Of a stretch of 64,000 nt of DNA, positions 49,890-61,650 are shown in pieces. The first letter of the stretch is position 1. Each line of letters starts with the position of its first letter. This stretch comes from Mytilus californianus. Taxonomy: Eukaryota. The DNA lies in NCBI RefSeq assembly GCF_021869535.1, contig NW_026262668.1, positions 36,022,001 to 36,086,000 on the forward strand, written 5' to 3'. The translations under genes and the position numbers were made by a program. The notes below the pieces were generated by a model. It did no database searches, had not been told where the DNA came from, and saw only the letters and a list, made by a program, of their open reading frames with translations.

Positions 49890-50510
49890 CACCATATAAA
49901 GATAAAAAGATGTGGTTTTATTGCAAACATAACAACTCCCCACCAAAGACCAATTGACGTTGACAACTATAATAGGTCACCGTACGGCCTCCAACAATGG
50001 GCAAAACCAATACCGCATATTATAGATATAAGAAGATGTCAATGAGATAACTCTCCATCCAAGTCAAAATTTATAAAAGAAAACCATTATAGGCCACAGT
50101 ACGGTCTTCAACACGGAGCCTGGGCTCACACCGAACAGTAAGCTATAAAGAGCCCCCAAAATTACTAGTGTAAAACCATTCAAACGGGAAAAACAACGGT
50201 CTAATCTATATAAAAAACGAGAAACGAGAATCACTTATGAACCACATCAACAAACGACAACTACTCAACATCAGAATCCTGACTTAGGACAGGTGCAAAC
50301 AAATGAAGCGGGTTTAAACGTTTTAATGGTACCAAACCTTCATCCTTTTTATGAAAACCATGAAAAGACAAAAAATGACAAATGTAACTCAATTCAAACG
50401 AGAAGACTAACGGCCTGTTTACTGGTCAAACAATAAACGGAAAACAAATATGATATACAGCAACAAACGACAACCACTGAATTACAGGCTCCTGACTTGG
50501 GCCAGGCATT
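49890..50510 (-). mobile_element. Cluster of truncated Penelope-like 3' ends (family D copy 50020-50346; partial twister motifs at 50271-50346 and 50473-50510)
   Basis: Homology to 44122-44460 and 21065-21587. Confidence 0.8.
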
Positions 50511-50984
50511 CTCAGCATTAATCTGTCTCGAAATGATAAAATGAAAATTATTTGTGAGGGAACTTTTAAATTGTTTTCCATGCATAGAAGTAGTAAGTAT
50601 TCGATGGTATAGTGAGAGCAACAATCCATTAATTTGAAAATGTATGATTTAATTGTCATTTGAATAAAAAGAATATCCCATATTCTAAAATTGTCCCTCT
50701 TTGATAATAGGAAATGCAAGCTCTCTACAAATTTAATAAAATAATACCATTTTTTAAAACATAATGCATTAATGTTGTATATTGATTGTTTCCATTAAGA
50801 AGAGAAGAAAGATAATGTATCCTTTATAGTCATCTATTTCAAGCATGAAATCAAAAGCAAATAACATCTTTAGAATGAATTAAAAATACAAAAAATATCG
50901 AAAACCTTAAAAAAGAAGGTAAGCCAAAGTAAGATATAAGAGTAGTAGCATCGGCTTTGAAAACGATTCTACGATTCTGCGATT

Positions 50985-51250
50985 CTGTGTTGTCATAACT
51001 ATAAATTAACTGTTTATAAAACTTTAAATTTTTAAAATACTAAGGCTTTTCTACCTCAGGAATAGATTACCCTAGCTGTATTTGGCAAAACTTTTAGGAA
51101 ATTTTGGTCCTCAATGCTCTTCAAATTCATACTTTATTTGGCCTTTTTAACTTTTTTTGATTCGAGCGTCACTGATGAGTCTTTTGTAGACGAAACGCGC
51201 GTCTGACGCAAATACAAAATTTCAATCCTGGTATCTCAGATGAGTTTATC
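50985..51250 (+). mobile_element. Hammerhead retrozyme-like repeat fragment
   Basis: Reverse-complement homolog of 28150-28522. Confidence 0.85.
51166..51209 (+). ncRNA. Minimal type I hammerhead ribozyme, intact core
   Basis: Stem I GCGTCA/TGACGC, CTGATGA, stem II GTC/GAC, GAAA, palindromic stem III ACGCGCGT, GTC cleavage triplet at 51201-51203. Confidence 0.92.
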
Positions 51251-52016
51251 TACTAAAATCTCACTTTAAAGAATGTATATGTAGTCTAATCTCTGCTTTG
51301 GCCTACCTCTATTGATATGGGCATAATCACGTGAACATAATAACAAAATACCAAACGTCGGCGGTTTTAGTTTGGCTATACAATAATTAATTAAAACAGT
51401 TTGATCAATTATCCACCTCTTTCAACAATCTACGTTATTTATTGAAACACTTCAGTCAAAAGTGGTCAGGCATTACATTTTGTAGGTGACATTCTTGTTG
51501 GTATTTTACGTTTTTTTTTTGTGTTTTGCATTTAAGATGTATGTTGTTATTTAAGTGAAAGATTTTGTCGACGAGATGTTTTTCCGATAAGAAAAGACGG
51601 GTAGGGGATTTGACACTCAACCGGAATAGTTGTTTAACTCACTTATTTTAGTTGTACTAGGGCAGTTACACTTTAGGGTTCTGTATTGTTTGTTTTACAC
51701 TGTTTTTTTTTATATTTAATAAGTCATTGGTTTGTCAAATTTGCGGTGGTGACCAATATTTCAGTACATTTTGGTTTCTGCTACTAATTTCTATATATAT
51801 ACATATATATATATAATATTTAATAAATACTTTGCTACACAACTTTACAAATTGATAAAGATAAAGGAAATTACAATATTTTTCATGAAGGACAATTCCG
51901 TACCAGCGACTTCTTTTTTGTTTTTGTTTTATTTTGCATTATGGCAAAATAAAAACATGTGCGATTGGGGTGTATTTAACTATCTTGTCATTATTATTTT
52001 TTAATCTTTAATTTAG

Positions 52017-52070
52017 ATATGCCACCTTCTACTCAAGAATATACCACAACTACCATAAGACCAAGACAAT
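52017..52070 (+). CDS. CTL-like protein, stalk micro-exon (MPPSTQEYTTTTIRPRQ)
   Basis: TTAATTTAG acceptor, T|GTATGA donor, 54 nt, phase 1-1. Confidence 0.75.
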
Positions 52071-52121
52071 GTATGATTACAGTTTCTATAGTAATGTTTA
52101 CAAGTGCATGTATACGGTGCG

Positions 52122-52122
52122 C

Positions 52123-52150
<28 letters not shown>
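52122..52150. repeat. (GT)n microsatellite
   Basis: Seen directly. Confidence 0.95.
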
Positions 52151-52153
<3 letters not shown>

Positions 52154-52189
52154 AAAAAATGAGAATCATGATGACCTAACTGATTAATT

Positions 52190-52590
52190 GATTGTTCGTT
52201 GCTTTTCGTCCAGTGGCTAATATTTCATGCATGTTTAGGACGAGAACAGGTCATCAAAAATACAATAAGTAGGTCCTGCAATAGGAGTCGTACTGGATGA
52301 AAGACGGTATATTAGAAAGGGACAGAAATTTTGCCTTGCAACAGGTCACCTTAGGAACCCTAAAAGAATTGTTGCAAAGGTTCATAATGTGCAAGGAGCA
52401 TGGCACTCTTTTTACACGAGGCATCGAAGTTAACGTCACCATTATGACTGGACTTGGCTGCGTATTTATATATACATCCCGCACAAACAAACGGACGTCC
52501 AATTTTAGCAAGGGTTTTACTGGCGGTCGGAAGAACAACACAAGTGACCATACTTCGATTCATCAGTCACCCTTTGGATATATGAGGACA
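52190..52590 (-). mobile_element. SINE-like element sharing the GCATGAAATATT.GCCACTGGACG tail
   Basis: The same 3' tail appears as fragments near 15650, 16730 and 20410. Subfamily not determined. Confidence 0.6.
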
Positions 52591-53219
52591 TGACAAAAAC
52601 AAAACAAATCAAAGCAGTAAAATATACTTCGAATGCTGCATTTGTTGCGAATGTTAAAGTGAAGAGGGGGTACTACAATCTCCGAAAAATAATTTAAACA
52701 ATAGCTCTTTCATTGTATCTTTGTAACATGTTTTATAATAACCTTCATCCACTGGCAGACTTCATCAAATCCGACACAATTTGGAGTTAATACGGTCCGA
52801 AAGTTTCTCAATGTTTGTATATCTAGACTTACAAAACATGTATAATAATTCTATTGACGTCGATACACTTATTGTTCATTGACTAAGGTTTGAGTTTAGT
52901 GCGGAAAGTACTCTCTTTCTTCATTGGTTAAATAAGATACTAAACATTAGCAAAATACTCTACTTAAAAATGCAGTTTCTAACTTTAAAAAATCCAAAAT
53001 ATGTTCCGAATTATGACATCATATTGTCTGAAAAATTGTATTCACACGCATGACGCCAAAGTAAGTGTAGTTTAGTAAAGATTCAAGTACTTTTTAAGGG
53101 TAGTTTTTGGTTATAAACATACAGGCAGAATAGATCCTATATTTTTTTTTATTAAATTCACGAAATGGAACATCGTGCAATGTGTTGAAATATAAAACAG
53201 CGGTTTGTATTAGTTTCAG

Positions 53220-53249
53220 ATAATCCAAATGATGAAACCAGTGCAACAG
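53220..53249 (+). CDS. CTL-like protein, stalk micro-exon (NPNDETSAT)
   Basis: TAGTTTCAG acceptor, CAG|GTACGA donor, 30 nt, phase 1-1. Confidence 0.65.
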
Positions 53250-53855
53250 GTACGATAATTATTATGTGCATGACAATTCAGTATATGGATGGTGTGCAAG
53301 TTGTACTTTTATATTTTTCATAAAAAACTTCAAAATTTGGTAACAACTTTAAGTATTTTTACATAGAAATCTATAATTGAGAAAATCATTGTTTTGTCGG
53401 TGCATATATTTTACAGCGTTTTTTTTTTTTTACTAAAGTCAAGTTTTATAGAGAAATTTAGTCTCATATATGTAGGTCCATATCATGATTATAATGCATA
53501 TAGAAAATTGTATTTGTGATAAATTCTTGATCTCTTAAATAAAAATTAAAAAAAAGTTTGAAGTTGGGTATTTGAGAGCAATATTTCCTTGACTATTTCT
53601 AAAACTGAAATGCAACTTTAAGCGAGCAAGTTGAATTATCATTGTAAAAATATATTTTATTAATAACTAATGTAAAAGAAGGATACTTTGAATTGATAAA
53701 AATGTCTAAGAAGGTTGTTAAAATCTATCATTTTTATTATCCTTAAAAGCTTTCTACCTAAAGTTTGATACTTTTAAAATAAATGTTTGAACTTATTTAA
53801 AAGATATATGACAAAATCAAAATTGAATCGTGAAAACTGTTTATGTTTATAACAG

Positions 53856-53906
53856 AAACTACACGAATATCTACAGGCGGTACCTCGGTTGGTGTATACA
53901 GTACAA
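53856..53906 (+). CDS. CTL-like protein, stalk micro-exon (TTRISTGGTSVGVYST)
   Basis: TTTATAACAG acceptor, A|GTATGT donor, 51 nt, phase 1-1. Confidence 0.75.
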
Positions 53907-54793
53907 GTATGTATATATTATGTAATGAGTTGTACTATCTTTGAATTACCATTGTCAAAAGTTTTTTTTTATACCATAATAACAATTGTCACTGGAAATC
54001 TCAAGAAATACAACTAATATATTAAAAGCCAAAGTGAAATCAGTTACTAGTAGTCTCAATGTGAAGAGTGGAGAACGTCAAAACGACAAAATAAAGGTAT
54101 CGTAACATCGTCACGCTTCAAGTTAGTACTTTTTCATATGTGATCAGGCAGTTATCAAATTTAATGATTTACACAGCAAAAACGAATTCGACACCCCCCT
54201 TATATCATAATATCTCAAATCCAGAACGGATCACAACAATAAAATACAAATTTTAAACAAATTTAAATAGACGGAATTTTAGGCAATTGCATTCTAAATT
54301 GAAAAAAAATCATGTTTTGCCGCATTTTATATAGTGTATAGATATTATAAATACATATTGGGATCATTTTTATAATTCTTTAAATTGATTGTATTTTAGG
54401 AAGTACTAATTCTACATAAAATTATATTAATTTTTCGATATTGAGACGTAATTTAACAAAATCTGAAATATTGCCCAATTACGTATAATTCGCTAAAAAC
54501 CTGCTAAATTAGAAAATGATGGTTAAAATCCATGAGATTTGCAACCATGTTGGCAATAAAAGCAGTACTCCCATTATACAGAATTATTTGACCAAAATGT
54601 TCTTAGTTAAATTTCCTCTGTTGGCATTACAACCCTAATTGTGGTGCTATTACATCATATAAAATATCAACCAATAGGCTGTCCTATATTATATGCAGCT
54701 CTGTGTTCTTCCGACAAAAAACCCAACCCACCATGAAATTTTAATAAAATAATTCAAAATGAACGACTGAACTAATTTGTTTTTATTTTTTAG

Positions 54794-54841
54794 TTCATGC
54801 TGTACCTGCTGAACCCAGAAAACCTTCCTCGGAATCAAATA
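54794..54841 (+). CDS. CTL-like protein, juxtamembrane exon (HAVPAEPRKPSSESN)
   Basis: Strong pyrimidine tract and TAG acceptor; weaker A|GTATTA donor; 48 nt, phase 1-1. Confidence 0.65.
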
Positions 54842-55016
54842 GTATTATCATAATTATAATTATTATAGTGTTAATTATTATTGTTGTTGTTGTTAGAGTG
54901 ATAAGAATGTGCCAAAATCGATAGTTTCGAAAAATTACTATACACATAAACAATTGACACTTTTTTGATAAAGGATGGTCAATTCGAAATAATTACATTA
55001 GATATATGTTTCATTA

Positions 55017-55355
55017 TTATACGTTATTTTAATTGGCTAACAGCAATCTCGCGTCATTCTTCATTTCAAAATGAATTTCATGAATTGTAACATATATGAT
55101 GACACACGTTTCCACAATAAAGTGCACATGTAAATTAAAGAAAAAAAATGATAGTAATCGTGTTTTCATGATCATAGCGAAAAAATGTAATTATAAGTAT
55201 TGAATGCTTCTTTTAGTAATTTCATAGGGTTGTAAAAGCGTTGACCGTGCGTACATTTTTAGAATGAAGCGCTTCCGCGCTTCATACAAAATGTGCTTCG
55301 GTCAACGCTTTTACACCCAAATGAATTTACAAAAAGAAGCATTCAATTCTTAAAT
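55017..55355. mobile_element. Non-autonomous element ending in a ~160-bp hairpin (55194-55353)
   Basis: TTGAATGCTTCTTTT...TGTAAAAGCGTTGACCG versus CGGTCAACGCTTTTACA...AAAAGAAGCATTCAA. Family (possibly Crypton-like) is uncertain. Confidence 0.7.
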
Positions 55356-55810
55356 AAATCAAAGTCAATACTAAGATGGTGACTAGAAATTTAAATCGAA
55401 GAAAGCAAGACAACACAGAGGCAACAAGAAAAATTACAGCTTACACTACACAAAACATATAAGTAAAAAAGATCCACAGAAAACAGTGGTAAATTTAGAT
55501 GATTTGGAAGGGAGGGGCATAACTTTTTGTCAAAATTTTCCTTCATATGGCAGCTTTGTCAATACTTGTCACATTTTATGAGGATGGATTGGTAATGGTA
55601 GATTACTCGTTGATCAGCAGGAGTTTATTTTGTGCCTAAATCATTTTTGCCATAAGACTTTGGCTTCAGATCTTCATGTACCTTCATAGGCCTTTTTTGG
55701 TAAAGGATTTTTGAAGAAGCGGTTCAAACCATTGTTTACGCCATGAGAATTTGGTACCGTATATTCACTCGCAAGTTTCATTCAATTTCAATTAGCTTAG
55801 TTTTTTTCAG

Positions 55811-55901
55811 ACTTATGGATTATTGCTGTCGTAATAATATCCCTTTTGGTGATCATGATAATTGTACTCATCATGGTTTTGAGACATAAAAGAAGAGTAG
55901 G
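55811..55901 (+). CDS. CTL-like protein, transmembrane exon (LWIIAVVIISLLVIMIIVLIMVLRHKRRV)
   Basis: 23 hydrophobic residues then RHKRR; TTTTTTTCAG acceptor, GG|GTAAGA donor, phase 1 to 2. Confidence 0.9.
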
Positions 55902-56453
55902 GTAAGAATATATGAATTGTAAATTTAAAACCACTCACTTCTCTGTACTACTTTTAATAATTCACTTGTTGTCCAAGATAAAATTTCGTTCTCATAATAA
56001 TTAGCAGGCGGGTCGGATTACTAGAGAAAACATGACTATAAACATGACATTGTAATACCTATAAAAGGATTACACATCTTTCAATGAATATACCATAACA
56101 GGTTTTCTCATAGGATATAACTGAGAGAAAATCGCTGCATTTAAGCTTCTGATCAAACATGGTAACGTTGAAAAACATGCAACAGTTGACCCTGACAAAT
56201 ACCAGTTAATAGATGAAATTGTTGTAATGTATAGAAAATGGCATTGAACAATATAAAATGCATATGGTTTAAAGCAACACAGCAAGATAAATTTATATTT
56301 TATATATTATTTACAGTATACCAGTATCAGTGAAATTATTTTTTTCAAATAAAGAAGTAAAAGCATTGCAGTTTTTGCATAAAATGAAATAACCCTCCAG
56401 TTTACCGAAAGGTCGAGCATGACAATATAGAAATTATGACTTGCATAAAAGAT

Positions 56454-56720
56454 TGATTGATTGATTGATTGATTGGTGTTTAACGCCACTTTTTACACTG
56501 TTGTGCTTTTTCGTGGCGGTCAGTTTTTAAAGGTGGAGGAAGCCGGAGTGCCCGGACGGAACCACCGACTTTCGGTAGGATAACTGACAATCCTAGTTAA
56601 TTAAGATTGGAGTCGAGTGCACCTGCCCCGTGCGGGATTCGAAATTACAACCTCAGTGTTGACTGGCTAGTGATACTGTAGTTCGAGTACTTAGACCCCT
56701 CGGCCACCGAGCCCCCTACC
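56454..56720 (-). mobile_element. Full-length V-domain-like tRNA SINE with 12-bp TSD
   Basis: Reverse-complement homolog of 46089-46349; TGCATAAAAGAT at 56442-56453 and 56721-56732. Confidence 0.9.
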
Positions 56721-57150
56721 TGCATAAAAGATGTTGTTAGTTAGATTAATGATTCTTTGTGATTATTTAAATTCAAGGACATTCTCCTATGTAATAAATG
56801 GACGATAGAATGACTTAGGAACAAAAGTGTGAATCATTGTATTCAAATGTTTCTTCAAATGTGTAATCCTTGACATGTACTTGCACTTGCTGACGTACAT
56901 ATTGGTAAAACTGTTAACATTTAGTGTTAGTTAATTGATAATTTATGAGGCTTGATAATGAAATTGTGACACCAAGCAAATGTCAATTTCTAGAAACATT
57001 GAAGTTGATTAACACTCAATTATCTTATATGAAATGAACATAAGAATTGCCAAACCTACACGTTATGAGCCAACCTTCACACTTAGTATAATTGGTTTTA
57101 TTGTCAATAATTTACTTTTTGTTTTACTGACATTACCATTTTTATATTAG

Positions 57151-57739
57151 CAAAGGTACGATACTAGAACACGATGGAGAAAAGCGCACGAGTACTTCTG
57201 ATGTGAGTGCCCCAGTAACAGGAAGCCTCCGACGATTCCAAGCAACTTCTGTAAGACCCTTCGGGACTGATTCAGGTATAGAAGTACTAGGACGAGATAT
57301 GTTTAGCGGCCTGCAATCGGAAAATATTGAAATCACTGATTTAGATGAAGAAATCAAAGAAACTCAATTGAATGACAATGGAGCATTACGAGAACTCAAT
57401 GTCATGACTGAAAACAACGACAATCAGAATATATCCACAGAAAGTCAAGAAGATGAAATAAAAGTGATAGAAGCTGAAACAAAGTCAACAAGTAGCACTC
57501 ATGATTTTATTAATGGAGACAGTTCTGACGAAAAAACTGGATTGATACTTGACAACGGAGCATTACGAGAACTCAATATCATGACTGAAAACAACGAAAA
57601 GCAGAATATATTCACAAAGAGTCAAGAAGATAAAATAAAAGAGACAGAAGAAGAAACAAAGTCAACAAGTAGCAGTCATGATGTTATTAATGGAACCAGT
57701 TCAGACGACAAAACTGGATTGATACTTGAAGATCCTTGA
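57151..57739 (+). CDS. CTL-like protein, terminal exon encoding the acidic cytoplasmic tail
   Basis: Branch-like ACTGAC and TATTAG acceptor; phase 2 matches the TM exon; 195 open codons; AATAAA at 57822-57827. Confidence 0.85.
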
Positions 57740-58814
57740 ATGACATTACAGAATCATTTATTTATAAACCATTTCTTGATTTGACTCTAGAAGTGCAATT
57801 GCATACGAGTACTTCCCTTCCAATAAAGCGTCAATTATAAGTAGCTCATGTTCATCTACCTTATTCCAGGTTGACACGCATATCATATTTAATTTGCTTA
57901 AACAAAGGCTATAAAACTTATGTAAGACAAGTCGAGTGAAGCTAAAAAAAAAAGTAGTTTATTAAGATACCATCTCATTTATAATTACTGATAACCGCAA
58001 CTTGACGTTGCAGCTAACCACTGATAACGAAGGTACTCGTATCCAAATATATGTTGAGTCAAATTAGCAATTTTTTTTATTCATGGCAAGGTTTATTGAA
58101 TGCTGTGTTCTTTCACGTTTTTTGTTTTTGTTTTGTTTTTTTGTGGTAGACACGTTAAAAGCTTGGTTTTGAATTGTAAATGATTTATTTTATGAATGGT
58201 TGTATATATGAGATATTGACTGAACTGTAGTATAATTTCAATTACCATTCTCATTATTTTTTTAAAAACTGAAAAGAATATTCAGGCTTTACATAATTCA
58301 GAGAAAAGATGGAATAGTTAAAAACTTGACAAATTAAGTTTATTATTTTCTTTAATATATAACATATATATAAAAAAAAACTCTTTGGATAAAAATCCAT
58401 CAATTTTTTTTTTCAAGTGCTAAACATTGTGTGTACTTTAATGTTAATTTATAGATATTGCTTTACATTAGAGGTAGTTAATTGAAAATGAGGAAATATA
58501 TGAAAAATTAAAGATATTTCAAATGAAACAGCAAATGATTGATTTATAAAGTACACACATTTACCGAATTATTACTAGATTTTGATTTAGCACGAACATT
58601 ACAACGAATGCAACTAGTAGAGCAGGTACTGCTTACCTCTCCGGCGTATCCCTGTGTTTCGTGGGATTCATGTAGTCCAATCTAAAGTTTCTGAGTGCAA
58701 TTATTTGTGAATTGTTGATTTTCTATCCGTCATTTTTTTTTAAGGCATATATTGTTTTCAATGACTTATGGTTATTGATTGACCCCTTGATAACTGTTCC
58801 TCTTTCTGTAGACC

Positions 58815-59012
58815 CTTAATAAGAGGTTTAGCTAGCTATAAAACCAGGTTTAATCAACCATTTTCTACATAAGGAAATGCCTGTACCAAATCAGGAATAT
58901 GACAGTTGTTTTCCATTCGTTTGATGTGTTTGAGCTTTTGATTTTGCCATTTGATAAGAGATTTCCCGTTTTGAATTTTCCTTAGAGTTCTGTATTTTTG
59001 TTATTTTACATT
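58815..59012 (+). mobile_element. Family C 3' end, truncated at the start of the twister core
   Basis: GAGGTTTAGCTAGCTATAAAACCAGGTTTAATC...; the 5' P5 strand is missing. Confidence 0.85.
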
Positions 59013-59789
59013 TACCTTAAAGTCATGCAGCTGTTTATCTATTGTCACTGCAAAAATGTTAAATTCCACGGATTCCTTATCATATTGGATATTTCTACAG
59101 GATAATAACAGGAAACTAGGGTTAACGTTGATGAAACAGTAACTTTACTACACAGCACATTAACTAAAGTAAGACTAGCGTACCAAATGATCATTATACT
59201 GTCATTAGTGATAAACAAGCTTCCCTGCACATTGTTCATTAAAGCGTTCTCTCAATCGCTTGGATCCAGACAAGTAGTGGATGATTTCCACAGAAACAAC
59301 GTAAGATCAACTTTAAATTGATTAAGGGGCAAAAACACTAAATTCAATAATATATTATTGTTATGATTTATCTGATATCAATAAAAAGATAGGAATGTTA
59401 TAAGTAAAAAAGACAACTCAAAAAATTATTTTGTTTTTTTTTGGTTTTTCAAATGTTCGTTTCTAGCGGGTCTGATAAAAAAAACCTCAAGAAACATGTT
59501 ATGCGCTTAAAACTAGTCCATATGATTTATAGCCATCACTTGGCTTCTGTCGTCATTCTTCGTCGTGGTCCATGGTAGTAAATCTTACAAATCTTTTCCT
59601 TTGAATCTACCTGACCTCTAGCAAAGTAGACCTTAAACGGCTTTGAATGTTCTGTTAATAGTTTTTTGGTTTTTTTTAACTCTGAAAAATTTTGTATGTG
59701 CGGCTGGAAAAACTTTTTTGTTTAAGAGATTTGTTGAAGATTATTTCAGAAGAAAGTATAGTAGGCACGGATATCAGTTTCATATTTGT

Positions 59790-60230
59790 TAATAAAATTG
59801 AGAATGGAATTGGGGAATGTGTCAAAGAGACAACAACCCGAACAAAGAGCAGAAAACAGCCGAAGGCCACCAATGGGTCTTCAACACAGCGAGAAAATCC
59901 CGCACCCAGAGGCGGGCTACAGTTGGCCTCTAAACAAAAATACTAGTTCAGTGAAAATGGACTTCACACTAAACTCCGAAACATATAAATGAACTAAAAT
60001 TAAAAAAAAAAACATACAAGACTAACAAAGGCCAGAGGCTACTGACTTGGGACAGGCGCAAAAATGCGGCGGGTTAAACATGTTTTGTGAGATCTCAACC
60101 CTCCCTATATACCTCTAGCCAATGTAGAATAAACAAACACACAGCAATACGCACAGTAAAACTCAGTTTAAAAGAAGCCCGACTCCGATGTCAGAAGAGG
60201 TAACAGAGGAAACTAAGCAAAATGACAATG
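59790..60230 (-). mobile_element. Solo family A 3' end with degenerate twister motif at 60030-60120
   Basis: Colinear with 11161-11580. Confidence 0.88.
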
Positions 60231-60939
60231 ATAAGCTTAGTTGTATTGTTATGATTTAATTTTTGACCTAAATATTGCGGAATCGTACACAACCAGCATC
60301 GATGTGATTTAACATCATTCAGGTTACTAGTTTAGGCAATTATTTTGTAAATCATTGAAAAATCTTTGAAAAGTTTTCTTATTTAATACACGTCGTTACA
60401 TGGAAATATAAATCAAATCTCCCCACAGTCTTCAACCCAGATCCTTGAAACTTCATGGAAAGACTATACTCATATATTGTACTTGTTTACCTGTTACTTC
60501 AAAATCAGTTTAGGAGTTTGTTCCCATTTTTCTAGTCTTGACAACTTAATCGATTTTTTCAGCAAAATTTTCAAAGATATCTTTTTAAATCAACTCCTCG
60601 TGTTGTTTTCAAACTAGAGCTTTGACACCGTAAAGAAAGTCTGCACACCTATTAACACATGGTTTCTTCCATTCTTAAAGTGTTTAACTAATTATTATCT
60701 AATTTGTCCAATTTCATGTTTCCATTTATTTATATGCATATCATAATCCGTTCACCATTTTTTAAGAAACATTCTGTTTGTTATATCATCATGCTAGTTT
60801 GGTATTTTACGTTTAGAGCGTCAGTAATTTTTATTATTTCAATAGTGTTTTTTTTTTTTTATCTTTATAATGCGAGAATAAGTATTCACATGCAACATTA
60901 AAAGAGGTTTTTTTTTTCTTGTTCGTATATATGTGAACC

Positions 60940-61650
60940 ATTTTTGTCGAGCATGTGACATTTATGTCGCGAAAGCGAGACATAGCGATCCTAGATTCCG
61001 GCGTCGGCTGCGTCAACATTTGGGTTTAGTCTGTGGTTAAAATTTTATTTTACATCAATAACATTGTCAAACCTTCATGGAATATTATGCAATTTGGACA
61101 GAAGATTGTTTATGACCAAAAGTATCCAGAGCAAAATTTTGAAAATATTCATATTCATTTTTCCGTATTATACTGATAAATGGTTTTAGTGATTTCTTAC
61201 AGTTAACAAGTAAATACAGTCTGGAATTAAAGTTTGTTACAAATAAATTACTTTGTCAAACCTTCATAGAATTTGATGAAACTTTGGCAGAAGCATTTTA
61301 TGATTAAGAGATAATGTCTGAAGAAAACGTTTGAAAATTATTTTTTGTCATTTTCAGTATTTTTCTAATAGATTGACCTAGTTTTTTACAGTAAAAATTT
61401 GAAGACGGTCAGGGATTAAATTTTTTTTGACATGATACGTTTGTTAACCTTCATGGATTGTTATGAAACTTGGACAGAAGCTAATCTCCAAGACCAAGAA
61501 ATAGCATTTGAAGAAAAAGTTTGATTTTTTTTTATCAATTCTGTATTTTACCGATAAATGGACTCACTTTTTAAGTCAACATTACACTTTACACTGACAG
61601 CAGCAATCGCAGGCGAGACACAGGGTTCCGCGGAACCCCTTTCGAATATT
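60940..61650 (+). mobile_element. HINE/pearl-like element with ~190-bp internal units
   Basis: AACCTTCAT(G/A)GA unit near 61071, 61260 and 61446; 3' hairpin GGGTTCCGCGGAACCC; imperfect subterminal repeats. Confidence 0.75.

Noticed and set aside
42786-57739. Antisense bias of twister copies inside the lectin-like gene
   Set aside because: Only three copies, too few to separate from chance.
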